Below, piece by piece: positions 25,506-45,449 of a DNA stretch of 64,000 nt; the stretch's first letter is position 1, and each line of letters starts with the position of its first letter. The notes below the pieces were generated by a model. The model had not been told where the DNA came from and searched no databases. It worked only from the letters and a program-made list of their open reading frames with translations. The position numbers and the translations under genes were made by a program. This DNA is from the human T2T-CHM13v2.0 reference genome, Homo sapiens. The stretch lies in the NCBI RefSeq assembly GCF_009914755.1, contig NC_060947.1; one strand, given 5' to 3'.

Positions 25506-25852
25506 GTGTCAGATTTAGCAAATAAAAATCGAAGATGCTCAGTTAAAATTGAATTTGAGATAAACAGCAAATAATATTTTAGTCTAAGTATGCTCACCTC
25601 TTTCTACAAACACTACAAATTTATACATTAATTTGGTTCTTAAGCTTTTCTCCCAGATCCTGATTGCATTACAAGGTCTAGACCTAGAAGGGCATTTCGT
25701 AATTTTTTTGGCAATGGTTAGAACCTTATTTAGTTTTCTAGCCTTGTTCCACATGTATCCAGGATAAAAATACACATTTATACTAAAAATTATTCGTTGT
25801 TTATCTGAAATTCAAATTTAACGGGGCATCTTGTATTTTATCTGGCAACCCT
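25506..25852. mobile_element. MER53 palindromic hAT MITE with a foreign ~180-bp central insert
   Basis: Arms cagatttagcaaataaaaat...cagttaaaattgaatttgagataaaca and tgtttatctgaaattcaaatttaac...tctggcaaccct are mutually inverted and match MER53 as I recall it. Confidence 0.8.
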
Positions 25853-25951
25853 AAATCTATGTGAAGTTCTTGGCACAGAGCAGGTATCCATTCACTGGCT
25901 AGTATTAGTGTTCTTTCTACATAAGTGCTCAGTTAAATGGCAGCATGGTAC

Positions 25952-26275
<324 letters not shown>

Positions 26276-27338
26276 TAGAAAGGTTAGTTTTTGACCAAAA
26301 GACGAATTAACTAAACTGCAAGTGACTGCAAGAAATCCTTTACCACTACTTAAAACCAGATCAAAGCAAATGTCCCTAAGCAGAAGGTCATATTTGTGTA
26401 TATGGGATGGCACATTATAAGGCATCTAATATTACTACTTAATACTAAATTGGACCTATATTAACAGATGTTCAGTTATTGTTTTTTCTCCATCTTCTCA
26501 ATCTATACGGATAATTAATTTGTTACTTCCGGTTCACCAGGTCTAAATAAAATTTTAAAAAATTATTCATTTGAGTCAAAGGTAATGCTGCTGAAATTCC
26601 TAGTACAAAGGCTCTGATATACAGGGATGAAAATGGAGTGATTGCCCCAGGAGTTCTGGATCCACGTGGGTGAAGCTAGAGGTCACAGCACTGTTACTTT
26701 GCATCTGGAGGAGGCAGGAGACTCTGCGAAGCCCTCTGTTGTTGCCTCTGACTCCATTTTCCCTCTTTGCTAATTCATTGCTCCTACCTGTAAAATTTTC
26801 TAATATGCTTCCACTTTCATTTCCTCATCAAATATTCACCGTTATGAAAAAGAAAATCCTATTGGCTTGGTATCAAGTGGCCAAACTGAGCATGCTGCTA
26901 CATATTGTTACCAGATTCACTACAGGAATAGATTAAGTGGATTTTATCCCAAATATCTATTTCCTATTACAGTACTGCATCTTTCTAATTTGGTGGCAGC
27001 TATGACCTCATACACTGCCTATTTTCCGTGCTTTTCCTAACCAGAAGAGACCCTATTTTTCTCCTTTGCTTGTTAAAGCGAAAATAATTATGCAGCTTTC
27101 CATAGATTTGTCCCCAATGTCTTTTTAAAAAAATTTTTTTTCTTTATTTTCTAAAAGTAGCATTGGAAATGTTATCTCCTTCAATTTCATCACCTCTTCA
27201 TCCTCCTTGGAAACCCGATCCATGGTGGGTATTAAGATCTTTACATTTGTACTGGTTGGGCGATGACTTCATTGCTTTCAAGCCAGCTGGGGGATCTTGT
27301 GTGGCAGAGCATCGGACCGAAGCGGAGGTGTGGGTCGT

Positions 27339-27365
27339 TGCTGCTGCTGCTGCTGCTACTGCTGC
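27339..27365. repeat. Interrupted trinucleotide repeat (TGC)6 TAC (TGC)2
   Basis: Read directly. Confidence 0.9.
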
Positions 27366-27461
27366 AACAGCTCTTTGCACGCGCCCAGCTGCTGTGTAAG
27401 GAATCCTCAGGCTGCTAGGTCTTTGCGCCTAACTCACCCAAGGGACCGCAAGCTGCTGGAT

Positions 27462-27515
27462 GAGTGTACGTGTGAGTGTGTGTTGTGTGTGTGCATATGT
27501 GCGTGTGTGTGTGCA
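27462..27515. repeat. Imperfect (TG)n microsatellite
   Basis: gtgtacgtgtgagtgtgtgttgtgtgtgtgcatatgtgcgtgtgtgtgtg. Confidence 0.85.
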
Positions 27516-28067
27516 CACGCAGCGGCAACAGTTGGGCAGCAGCAGCAATGGACTTCGATATCATTTTTACCAACAACAGAGATAAACCATCCTCCATCCT
27601 GTATTTCTCAGCTCCCGCCCCGAGTATGTTCTCCCCCTCTTCTCCGACTTCCCCCACCCCAGCCCCCGGCACGGGTCCCTCCGGAGGGAGGGCAGGGTAG
27701 CTGCGCTGCAGGCAGGATTCCCTCTTTTTTCCGCAGTGACAGGCGGATTCCGGGGCCTCCTCGCCACCTCCTACCCCCGCAGCCACCCCTTTCTCAGTCA
27801 CGATCTCCCCACCCCACCACCGTCGACCCTCTCCCTGCTTCCCCGCTCTACCCCCCGGCGTCGACTCCAGGCTCGGGCCCCGCCCCTCTCAGCCTCTCCA
27901 GCCCAGGTTGCTAGGGCTTGGCGGGGCAACCAAACCTGGCGTGCCAGGAGGCGCGGCGCGCGCGTGAGCGCGCAGGCGAGCTTGTATAAGGAACCAGCGT
28001 TCTTCGGCTTCGGAGACTCGAGCACGAGCGGCGCGAGCCCGAACCCCAGGACAAGCGCTTCCTCCTC

Positions 28068-28208
28068 ATTGGCTCCTACCAGAAGGGGGCGGGGTAAAGG
28101 CGGGATCGGGCAAAACCTGAGGTGCTTTCCCATTGGTCCGAACGGGCCGGCTGGGGCGGGGCAGTTAGCAAAATAGGCTGCGCGTTCGCTTCTGCTAGAG
28201 GGCGGGGC
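28068..28208 (+). promoter_or_regulatory. TATA-less core promoter: two inverted CCAAT boxes (ATTGG 28068-72 and 28132-36) and three SP/KLF GC boxes (~28085, ~28153, ~28198)
   Basis: Motifs cATTGGct, cATTGGtc and GGGCGGGG x3 immediately upstream of exon 1. Confidence 0.7.
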
Positions 28209-28219
28209 CGGAGGTTTCG

Positions 28220-28310
28220 ATTAGTTGTCTCTGCCGCTGGGGAAGGTAAAGCGGCGACGGCGTCCTCAGGAGCTGTGGGGTCCCCTGCTAGAAGTGGGGG
28301 ACTCGGCGGG
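28220..28310 (+). other. CDKL5: Non-coding first exon (5'UTR exon 1); TSS approximate
   Basis: attagttgtctctgccgctggggaagg...gactcggcggg followed by donor GGG|GTGAGT at 28311; directly downstream of GC and CCAAT boxes. Confidence 0.88.
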
Positions 28311-31300
28311 GTGAGTAGTCGCGCCGCCACCCGCCCGCCAAGCCTTCTTACCCTTACATCGGCCCCGCGTCCACCCAGCTTCTCCTGAGAGTGGAGACCC
28401 ACCCAGTCCCCCCGGGCGGACAAGAGAAGGGGCGGGGGCGCCGGTTCCCCCGGAACGGGGCGACGCGGTGAGGACGTCCCAGCCCGGAGTAGCCCCTCCT
28501 CAGCGCTCCCCTGCGCCTCTGGAAGGGCTTCCCCCGAGGGGCTGGGGCTGTCTTTTGGGGTGTGGGGAGGCGAAAGGGTGTGAAAGAGGGGCGGCGGGTC
28601 GAGCCCGCCCCGCGGGGTTCCCCTCAGCGGCGGGTCTGCGGCGTCCCCGCCCCGCCGCTCCCGCGGCACGAGCTCCCCGGGGCTTGCGGCGAGGTAAGCC
28701 CCTTCCCGCCGGCGCCGAGGAGGGGCCTGCGCGCCCCAGCCCCCTGCCCGAGTTCGGAGGGAGCCCGAGACTCGCCAGGGGCCGTCAGTCGCGGCCCGGG
28801 CCCTTCTGACCTTGGCTGCCCGCGAGGGTGGGCTAGCGACCGGGCGCCGGCCCCGCGGCTCCGCAACCTCCCCCGGACAAGTTTCAGGCGATGCTGTGAA
28901 GTTCACGACTGGCATAGTGCGGGGAAGAAGAATGGCCCCTTCTCAGACCTTCATACCTTTTGGACCCTCATAGAAATCGGATTCTGGGATTTGGAACCGT
29001 CTCCCAGAACGAACAGGTCCTCCTTGCATTGACACGTTTTGTGCCCACGTTGGGGAAAAAAATAACCTGAACATATTTCAGTGTAAAGGCAGATCTTCCT
29101 TGAGGGTTTTGTTTTTCGCTTCATTTGAGTGTTAAAGAACAGATGCCTGAATAAGAAAAGCCTGACCTTAGTATCTCTACAGTGAGATTAGACGGGTGCT
29201 GTGATATTTAAGTAGTTGCAGATCAGTATTCTGTTAGCACAATCTATTTTAATTGGCTGGAATTTAAGCTGATTTTAGAAAGTATTGTTGACACCGAATG
29301 ATTTCTTTCTGTGCATCTGAATTAGGTTTGTTTGAACGTAATGGTTATATAGTTAATGTAAAAGATTACACAAATTAATTTGTCTGAGAGCGTTTGTCAG
29401 AAACAGGAGACAGAGATGTGTATAGAACAGGATTATCGTTTTAGGTAACATCTGCTGGAACATTTCCAGCTTGTTTCTTTCTTGCTGTAGGGTTACAAAA
29501 AAGACATCTTCACCGAGGCTATTCGGAATTACATGTGAGTGACACTTAGATGTAAATTTGTTTTTATTTCCTTCAAGTGTTTTAAAATGTTTTGTTCACA
29601 AAATGTGAAGAGGCTATATTTACTTGTTCCTGTATGTTAGTGTTGAAGGTGATAGTATGATCTTATGATTAACAATCCAATTAGGGTCCATTAATAATAG
29701 ATTTTTAAAAAAGGCGTGCTGCTTTTCGAGAATATGATAGGTTGAGTACCTAGCAAGACTTCTAATTTCTTTTTATTAAAAGTACTATTTTAGGATTGAG
29801 AATTTTTGGCGTTGACACTGAAACCAGGAATAAGGAAGCCTGCAGCAGTCTTAGCAGTTTGACACCACCAGTAGGTGTTTCTGTTGACAAATGCAGAGAA
29901 GAGAACATTTGGGAAGGAAATCTTTTTTTCGGGGCGGGGGTTGGGGGGGAGGTGAGGGTGGTTGAGGGGGGAAGGAGCCAGAAGAGAGAAGCTAATGCTG
30001 CCAGCACTGTATGCTGAGCATTTCACAAGTACAAGGAAACCTAATTAGGGAAAAATTCCGTTTGGCTCTATTAAATAATAGAACTACAAAAGAGGCATAC
30101 TAAATAAAGTTAACCATTCCAAGAGTGTTAGATATTATCTGCCATTTCAGAGTAGTTGGGGGTTCCTCAATTGGAGAGGGTATCAAATCTCTTTGAATTG
30201 TCTTGCCTTTTTAACATAGTCAATGCAGCGATTAATTTGCTAGATGTATATATATCAAACAGTTGAGTATTCCAGTTTTGTTGTTTAGCATATTTCCTAA
30301 GCCTAAATTTTTTAAAATCAAAATCCGATATATTTTTTTTAAATTTGAAATAGAATTCTTTGTCCAGAGAGTAATTCCTTTTTTCCTGGCTCAGTCTTAA
30401 AATTTATTCATGATTTAGGGGTTTGTGATTGGTATTTTTTTACCCCTTTTTCTCAGGTTTTTGATTTTTACTTATGCAAGTTCCCTAAGTCTGCCTTTGT
30501 TTATATTGTAATTTTCTTGGAATTATTTAAATCAGAGTGTGGCATCTATTGTGTCCCCTGGGGTTTTAAAAGGAAAGGCTCCCATTGAAAGAAATTGCAG
30601 GGCCGTCTCGCATAGATGGGTAATAGAAGGTTGACTGATTGCGAATCAGATGTATTCGGTTGCAAATATGCTGCTTGGGGTTAAGGCAGTTTCAGTTAAC
30701 GGGAACCAGATTTTACGTGGTGTTTCTACTTTGAAGGTACAGTATTGTTACATTACAAACTGAAAGACAGAGGTGGAGAAATTCCTTTAAGTATCACCCC
30801 TAGCCTTGTTTCACCACTGTGTCCAGGAATCTATGAGAGACTGTTAACAATAGCTGCATTGTTGGAAATGACAGTGGCTTCTCTTGCAGAAAGTTAACCT
30901 TTCATTATGATTTTCATTTCAGTTTACTTTGTAAAAGAAAATTTAGCTTTATCTGAGAAATTGGCTGTAAGAAATTTGCAAAGAGAGCAAGGAAAATAGG
31001 TTTTCTTCAACGTGTCTGTTAAAATTCACATTCTCTCCCCTTCCGTTTTGATAACTGGTGGTGATCTTTATTTCCTCTAGATATTAGGTATGCTAACACA
31101 GTACCTGATTTTTGGCAGTTACTGTGGGAATATGACTTTTTTATGTAATAAATTGATGTCAAATAATAATATGAGGCTTTTAGGAATAATTAATTCACAT
31201 GCATAGATCTAAAACATGAGGGAAATCTTTTAGATGACCCTTCACTTTGGTACAAGAATAGCACAATTTGAAGTATTAAGTTGCTTTCTAAGTAGAAAAA

Positions 31301-31974
31301 GCTATTTACTCAGAATTGGGTAATTTTAGATTTTAAAGTTTTTTTTTTTTTTTTGCAACATCAAATAATTTGGCAACATCAAATTTCTTGTTAAAGGAGG
31401 CGACAGAATCTCACAGATTCTTTATCATCTGATCATGGCATCAGTTGGACTACATTTCAACTTAGGACAATAATGCAATTAAAAGACTACATTTAAACTT
31501 TCTGTTTGGAGGTTTTTCTAATTTGCTTTCAATCTCAAGCCCAATGTTAGAAATCTTTTGTTGGTGACGCACAATTTTAGTGTTCAGATTTTAGGTTTTG
31601 ATCGTTTTTAGAATTTTTTTTTATGTGTGTAGAGCAGCGCATGGATGACTGAATTAATCAAAGATCTGGCCTCATTTCTCATTCAAGTTTGTACATTTCT
31701 TCACACTGAGATACGAGCTTGGGTGCAATTCTGTTGGTGGGCGTGAAAGCTGAGGGTAAGGACCTTCTACCTAGAGACTGATAACATTTAAATATTTCAG
31801 ATTTGGGAATTAATAGAAAGTTATTTATTAGGTTAAAAGGAACTAGCCCATTCAGGTATTTGAAAATGATTGTCAATACTTTGAATTAAGCTCTTAGAAA
31901 CATTGGGGTTTGAGACAATCCTAATCAGGGTCAGGTTTTGGGTGTGGTCTCTCTTTTGGGCAGTCTTCTCTGTA

Positions 31975-32230
31975 ATAATTATAATACTCCATCTATTGAG
32001 CCTTACTGCATGCCAGACACTGTGACACGTAATTTATTTGCATGAATACATGTGTGTTCTCACAACAGCTCTATGAAGTAGGTCTTCTTACCTCCTGTAT
32101 ACATGTCAAATGGGCTCAGAGAAATAAAGTACTTTGCTCAGATTACCCAGCTAGTCATCAGAAACAGCAAAATTGCCATCCAAACTGGTCTGACTTGAAG
32201 CCGTGCTCTTCAAAACCATGCTTTCTGCTT
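31975..32230 (-). mobile_element. MIR
   Basis: tattgagccttactgcatgccagacactg...ctcacaacagctctatgaagtagg. Confidence 0.7.
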
Positions 32231-32259
32231 CTCTTTAGGAAACTGATTTCCCAAGCATA

Positions 32260-34316
<2,057 letters not shown>

Positions 34317-34492
34317 AAATTTTGTTGATTTCTTTATAACGTAATGGAGGTGTACTTTACATACCATAAAACTCACCTTTTTAGTGTATGATTCAATTAT
34401 TTTTAAGTTAATTTATGGAGTTGGTGTGACTATCATTACAATCCAGTTTTAGAACATTTCCATCACCCCCCAAAATTCTCTCCTGTCAATGA

Positions 34493-36200
<1,708 letters not shown>

Positions 36201-37215
36201 TCATAATGCTTTTTGTATTTTCAAAAGTTCTTGCCTATGCATAATACATAGCGGAATTTAAAGGATCATAACTGCAAATGATATAAATTACCTTGTGTTT
36301 GTGGCTTAAATTTTATTTTCATTTGATCTTTTTTAAACCAGCAAATAAAATACAACATTCTTGGTGATATGTTGGGAATGCAGGGAAAATAAATGAAGGT
36401 AAAAGTAATGTAATTATTGTGCAAGAAAAAGTTACTTTCAAATGTAAGAGCACAGGGAAACAATTGGTTTTCTTGATTTTAAGCTAATGACATTGTGCAT
36501 TTTGTTGTTTGGACCTCTAATCCCCCTTGACAGATCCATGCCTAATGCGCGTGTCGTAGAGCAGGCTTCATCAAATTTAGGTATTTAGACACTGTGTCTA
36601 CTTCAGACTGGATTGTGATGGGATTTGCAAACAGCTTAACATGCAAGGTACTGTAACTGCCTTTTCCTGCCTGCATCATTTTCTTCTTAGTTACCTTCTA
36701 GGGTGGGCTGAGGAGTAAGGCCAGCTTAGGAACGGGAAGTCTCATCAGCACAGGCTGATCCCCACTTGTGCAGGTTTCCTCCTTTGCTCAGTGTATTGCT
36801 TGGGTAGACGGACACTGCTTAGGGATGTTATTTTTTTGGGTACATATAGGAGAGGAATGTAATGGTTTGGTTAGAAGTAAAGTGTTTTGGAAAATGTATC
36901 TAATTTTCTTTGCTTTTAGATGAACATTTCTCTATGGAAAGTGACCCTTATATGTACCAGGCAGGTAAATCAATAACTCCTTGTGTGGTTGGTTGTGTCT
37001 GGATTTTTAATGGCAAACAGGTTAGACACACGGCACTGGTCTGATATTAATATTTTACTGTCAGTTCAATCGTAACTGGTTTGAAATAGGCATAGGTAAC
37101 ATGAAGTGCCAGTGTAACTTGATTTTGATAGTAAGAACAACTTTGGTTTCTGGAAATTAACAAAACATATATAAATAATATATATTGTTTAAAAGGATTA
37201 TGTTATTTTAGGTAA

Positions 37216-37560
<345 letters not shown>

Positions 37561-38191
37561 TTTTGTATTATGTTTAAAGATTAGGTTCTTGGAAGTATGA
37601 GATTGTATTTTGATAATTAAAGTAAACATATACAGTCTCATGAGGAAGATATGACAGATAAAAAAAGGTGGTGAGTAATAGTTGAAGAACAACTTACTGA
37701 CCCGGATTTACCTGATTACCCTGACATTGCTGATTTTAGAAACTAATTTCCTGATGAGTAGAATCTTTCAAAGATTACCAGAGGCTGGGTCAGATGTGAC
37801 ATATCCTAGAATTTATCCACACCCTCAGACACACACCCCACCAAGGTTTGTCAGCCGCTTATGGGATATATTAACTTTAATTGCTAGTAATTATTATTCC
37901 TAATATTACCACTAAATTCAAGTTTAGCAATGCAAATGAAAAGAAAAAATTTGATTTTAATTGTACTTACTGAAAATAGTTGGGGTAGACAAAAGCTAAT
38001 TTTGTGCAAATAATTATTTTATACTTTATCAATTATTTATTTCTCAAATAACCTGTCCTACATCCTGAGGATCTGTCCTTCATTCATTTAACAAATATTA
38101 CTTAATGATTCTGTATTGTGTGCCAGACTTTGCTGGAGACTACATGGAGTGATAAAATGTAAGTAGGCCCTGCCCTCAAAAAATTAATTAA

Positions 38192-39021
<830 letters not shown>

Positions 39022-39232
39022 TATGTAACAGGGTAGGGTTGGAGAGTCTGTCCTTGGGGGAAGAGGTGGGAAGGTCGCTCTGAGGAAGTAACATTTAAGT
39101 GAGACCCGAAGAATGAGAAGGACCTGGTCTAGTTGGGGAAATAAGTTTTCCAGACAGAAGGTGCAAATGTGATGAGGCAAGGTGAGAGAGCTGGGGTTTT
39201 TGCACAACAGAACCTTTTAAAGAACTGAAAGA

Positions 39233-39545
<313 letters not shown>

Positions 39546-40655
39546 AAGAAATCTAAAACGACCAGAAAATAGAGAAACAGGCATTGAAGCACAAGTTGGC
39601 AGCAGGGGCCAGGTCTTGAAAAGGTTTAGTAGGCCATTTTGCTGGGTTTTTGAACTTGTCCTAAATCTCCTGGGAAACGGTTGAAGATTTTAAGGAGGGG
39701 TGTGACATGAAATGAAATGCTACAAAACCCAAGAATTTTAGTTCAATGGAACCTTGGTAATTTACCAGAAAGGTCATAATCTCTGCAAAGTAAAATATTC
39801 TTCCCTTGTTTCATTAAAATTTTTGTAACTCCTTTCTTGATTGATTGTCGTCTGCGGTACTCCTTTCATTGTTTTTGTAGAAATTCCCTTTAATTTTCTA
39901 AAGGTACCTTTTCTTTTATCCCTCACTGTTCTGTTAACCTTATATAGGAATGTCATTTCTATTTATAACTGAATTAGAATATTTTTTCTAACAGCTTTAG
40001 CTCTCTTCCATATTTAAACTTAAAATTCTTTGCTGTTTTTTTCCCTCCAGACACCTTTAATCTGCTCGAAGTATTTAATGTTTTAACGAAATGTTTCATT
40101 AAGTTTGCTTTATTCTTTTGTTCTTCCAAATACAGTGTCTTAGATCTAGTTTAATATTTCTCAGCATTTATGCTATTTCATGTTTTATGAAATCACATGT
40201 GAGCACCCAGAATGTTTTTAGAAAATTTTGTTACTATTGTATAGGAGCACTACTCTTCATCAGGAGCACCATTTTCAAATCTGGTTCACATTCTGTGGCC
40301 TTATCTTTTACATTAAATTGGTCTCTGTTAAACATTTTATGTTCAGGTGGGCTTATGTATATATAAGTGCTATAAAGGTGTTATTTTTTATATCCTGATT
40401 TGTTTCTTTCTCCGACAATAAATGCCCCTACATGCTGAATTCTTTTTAGGAAATCTTTGCCATACTAAGTTTGTGATTGCCTTGGTGATTGTGTGAGCAT
40501 TCATTCAAGTCTTTCTTGGTGTAAAGTTGTTAGCTCATGCCTGTAAAGAATACTTTTGCCCACTGTTCCTCTCCACATATACGAAGAATAACTGCAGCAT
40601 CACCTCTTTCAAATAGTTCCTTGGAAATCTACATAGTGATTCAGGCTTGAATTGA

Positions 40656-40979
<324 letters not shown>

Positions 40980-41124
40980 TGAAGAGGTACACTCAACAGG
41001 CACTTAAGGGGACTGGGAAAGGAAATGACTCTTGAGTGCTTGTGAAGAGTCTTAAAGGAAGTCCAGAATGTCAGGTGCAGGTAAAGGGTTTACAGGCAGA
41101 GGGTGCATTAAAAGACAAGGATCT

Positions 41125-41483
<359 letters not shown>

Positions 41484-42007
41484 TTATGTATTACATGCTT
41501 TGCTTTGATGCTTGTACCCTAGCTATATCCCAGGATCTTTTCTACTGTAAGCTCCGTGGAGGCAAGGAGTGTTGACTGTTGTACCCTCAGTATGTGGCAC
41601 ATTGCCTTGCACATAGGAAGTGCTCAATAAACACTTCCCTTATCAAAGGTGCCCCTTTTTGCCCCCCCCCCCGCCCCCCACCATTTCCTCATGTCTGTAT
41701 CTTCTTCCTTGTGCAGTGGTATATCAGGTGCCTATCCAGTGGATCCTCCTCTCTGCTTACCCTATAGTTATGCCTGTCCTGTGTCTAGTTACCTGTGTAA
41801 GATATGTAATTGTTATAATTGGATCCACACTGGTAAATGAGTAGGTGCTAATAGCTCTCTGTGGGGCTCCAGAATCTTTTCTACCAACATTTATGGTATG
41901 GCAGATGAAGGGGAAGCCAAAGGTGACAACTACCAGAGTGACATATCTGAGCTTTTTTTCATGATTTATTGCATGAATTCATTGAAATGCTGAGTTCTAT
42001 TCCATAA

Positions 42008-42009
<2 letters not shown>

Positions 42010-42045
<36 letters not shown>
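42010..42045. repeat. (TG)n microsatellite
   Basis: Read directly. Confidence 0.95.
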
Positions 42046-42046
<1 letters not shown>

Positions 42047-42061
42047 CTACATTGTACAATA

Positions 42062-43017
<956 letters not shown>

Positions 43018-43019
43018 CT

Positions 43020-43347
<328 letters not shown>

Positions 43348-43435
43348 ATATAATCTTTGTGTCTTTAAATGGGTATGTCTTTCCTTCTGCTAGGCCGTTA
43401 GTGCTGGTATTTGAGTTAATCTAGTTAGGAATTGG

Positions 43436-44226
43436 TGTAGCCAAGTCCAAGGTTGTACTACTCACCAAATGACAGCCAATAAGTTAAGAGACAAGGTGTT
43501 GGCGCAAAGAAAGCAACCTTATTTGGAGAGCCAGCAACCTGAGAAGATGGTGGACTAGTAATGTCCGAAAGAACCATCTTAATATGAATTTTCGCCTCCT
43601 TTTATGTTAGAGGAAGAGGGAAGAGGGAGGAGGTTGAGGTCAAGAGATGACTATGATGACCACAGACATCTAGGTGGCAGTGAGGGTCTGTGGAGGTTGT
43701 GAAACTTCTTTGTCCTTGGTCAGGTCACAATACTATAAATCTTTAACATGGCTGGGCATGGTGGCTCACTCCTGTAATCCTAGCACTTTGGGAAGCCGAG
43801 TCAGGCAGATAACTTGAGTCTAGGAGTTCAAGACCAGCCTGGGCAACATGGTGAAACACCGTCTCTATCAAAAATACAAAAATTAGCTGGGTGTGGTGGC
43901 ACACACCTGTAGTCCCGCTACTCAGGAGGCTGAGGTGGGAGGATCACCTGAGCCCAGGAGGTCGAGGCTGCAGTGAGCCATGATTGCACCACTGCACTCT
44001 AGCCTGGGTGACAGAGTGAGACCCTGTCTCAAAAAAAAAAATCATTAACAACGTTGTTACTTGTGTGTACACTGCCCCTATCTCTTCAGGGGTTTTCAGA
44101 AGGGACTATTTGCTTTAAACTATAAACTGAATTTCTCCCATAGTTAGATGGTTTCACTGGGTGGTGGTGGGGGGGCTTAGAAGCAAAATGATGTTAGTCA
44201 TGCTAGGCTTCCTTTTCACTGTTACA
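43436..44226 (-). mobile_element. ERV1-class solo LTR (MER31/MER67-like) with a sense AluJ (~43750-44041)
   Basis: TGTAGCC...TGTTACA termini, 4-bp TSD TTGG (43432-35 / 44227-30). Confidence 0.78.
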
Positions 44227-44838
44227 TTGGGCTGGATTTGAGTTTTTTTGTGTTGTTATGGTTAACCTAGTGTACCCCAGTTTTCAAATTCTCTTAGAGA
44301 TACTTTGTGATCAGGGTGGGAATTGGTTTACCAGAACAGTGTCTGTTCCAGTCTAAATTTCAGGTCTCCCCTTCGAAGTGTGCTTTAGTGAGGGTCTCTT
44401 TACATACTCTTGATTTTCTCCCGTCCCTTTCTCAGTGATATTCTGCTCTTACTGTTCCTGGAAGTTTGTTTGCTTGGAGGTGGGGAGGGGTGATAGGATG
44501 TGGTCTCTGTTCTTGATTAAGCCTCAGTTTCAGGCCTGACTCTCAGGATCTTGCCCCTTCCCTGGCTGTTGTATTGGGCTCAATGTGGAATCCTACCCCT
44601 CTCCCAGGACTTGGGCCCCCACCCCTCCTCCCTGCTGCTCTGATTTTTCACTATTGTCTTAAGGGTAGAAGTAACCATTGTCCTTTCTGTCACAGTGAAG
44701 GCTTGTCTTCCTGAGTGGAGATAGGGGAGAGTGATCTGAGGGTAGTGTCCAGCCTCTCAGGCTTAGCTGCTGCCCACCCCCAGGTTTGCATCACAATGAG
44801 CCTACCTCAGGACTCTTTAGAGCTCTGAGTGAGTGGGG

Positions 44839-44877
44839 TGGGGGAGTTGGAGGAGGAAGACCCTACAGGAAGTTGAG
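44839..44877 (+). other. CDKL5: Probable alternative first exon (CDKL5 exon 1a type); 5' end uncertain
   Basis: Donor GAG|GTATCA at 44878. Position ~16.6 kb downstream of exon 1 fits my recollection of the alternative 1a/1b transcript start. Confidence 0.55.
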
Positions 44878-44990
44878 GTATCATATCCTCAATTTCTGTG
44901 ACCCCCAGTGGTTTCACACTATCTTTTCAGCAAGCCACATTGGATTTCACGCATTTACTGACTCTTCTACCCGTTCTTTTTGGTGTCCAG

Positions 44991-45039
44991 CTGTACTCTC
45001 CAACAGGCGAGCACATGGTCGTCTCCTCTCTCCCTTCAG
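44991..45039 (+). other. CDKL5: Probable alternative 5'UTR exon (CDKL5 exon 1b type), 49 nt
   Basis: Branch-point-like tactgac (~44956), pyrimidine tract, acceptor tccag| at 44990, donor CAG|GTACTC at 45040. Confidence 0.55.
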
Positions 45040-45059
45040 GTACTCTCCTTAGTTTTTGA

Positions 45060-45449
<390 letters not shown>

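Larger units (their letters stand above)
27640..28880. promoter_or_regulatory. CpG island promoter
   Basis: Very high GC and CpG density (e.g. gcgcggcgcgcgcgtgagcgcgc at ~27950), in sharp contrast with the CpG-depleted flanks; repeat-free. Confidence 0.95.

Noticed and set aside
27198-27380. 60-aa minus-strand poly-Ala ORF (MQRAVAAVAAAAAATT...) as a micropeptide
   Set aside because: The poly-Ala comes from the CAG tract; there is no independent evidence of coding, and it lies past the candidate antisense donor.
27297-29032. Long ORFs (205, 279, 156 aa) over the CpG island
   Set aside because: Low-complexity P/R/G/A content is expected from GC-rich DNA lacking stops; no recognisable domain, and exon 1 is non-coding.
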